From assembly GCA_030264375.1 (NCBI GenBank), contig JASCQW010000043.1, positions 70,274,960 to 70,338,959 on the forward strand: DNA of 64,000 bases. Reading direction: 5' to 3'. Under the pieces are notes generated by a model. The model worked only from the letters and a program-made list of their open reading frames with translations, was not told the DNA's origin and searched no databases. How positions within the stretch are numbered: the stretch's first letter is position 1; every line of letters begins with the position of its first letter. Source of the stretch: Carcharhinus longimanus (lineage: Eukaryota). Positions 63,940 through 64,000 of the stretch are shown here, piece by piece. Position numbers and translations under genes: made by a program.

Positions 63940-64000
63940 CTGTAAAAGAGAATATTAAACTTATAAACCAAACAATTACAATATGCTGACAAAACAAATC

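Overview
This is eukaryotic, AT-rich, repeat-rich vertebrate DNA. The repeats (HE1-type V-SINEs, Deu-domain SINEs, CR1/HER1-like and RTE LINEs, Penelope-like elements, Harbinger-type DNA transposons) point to an elasmobranch, probably a shark. The whole window lies inside one minus-strand Groucho/TLE co-repressor gene, best matching TLE1. Five coding exons with GT-AG boundaries were read by hand: 63895-63939, 27093-27155, 26055-26129 (alternative donor extends it to 26025), 18184-18388 and a 17-nt microexon at 14395-14411. They encode the end of the Q domain and the GP domain; the other exons lie outside the window. The ORF-track entries are exon read-throughs, transposon remnants or chance ORFs. 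Main observations: (1) an intron-7 read-through tail GEKQGRPD* plus an intronic poly(A) site overlapping the microexon's distal branch point and pyrimidine tract, consistent with a Grg1-S-like short isoform switch; (2) a candidate poison exon and a candidate recursive splice site in intron 8; (3) a fossil two-gene PIF/Harbinger transposon; (4) two separate ~200-bp local inverted duplications, one built into a Penelope insertion. No prokaryotic-type system or CRISPR array is present. Family assignments come from recalled consensus motifs, not database searches, and repeat boundaries are approximate.
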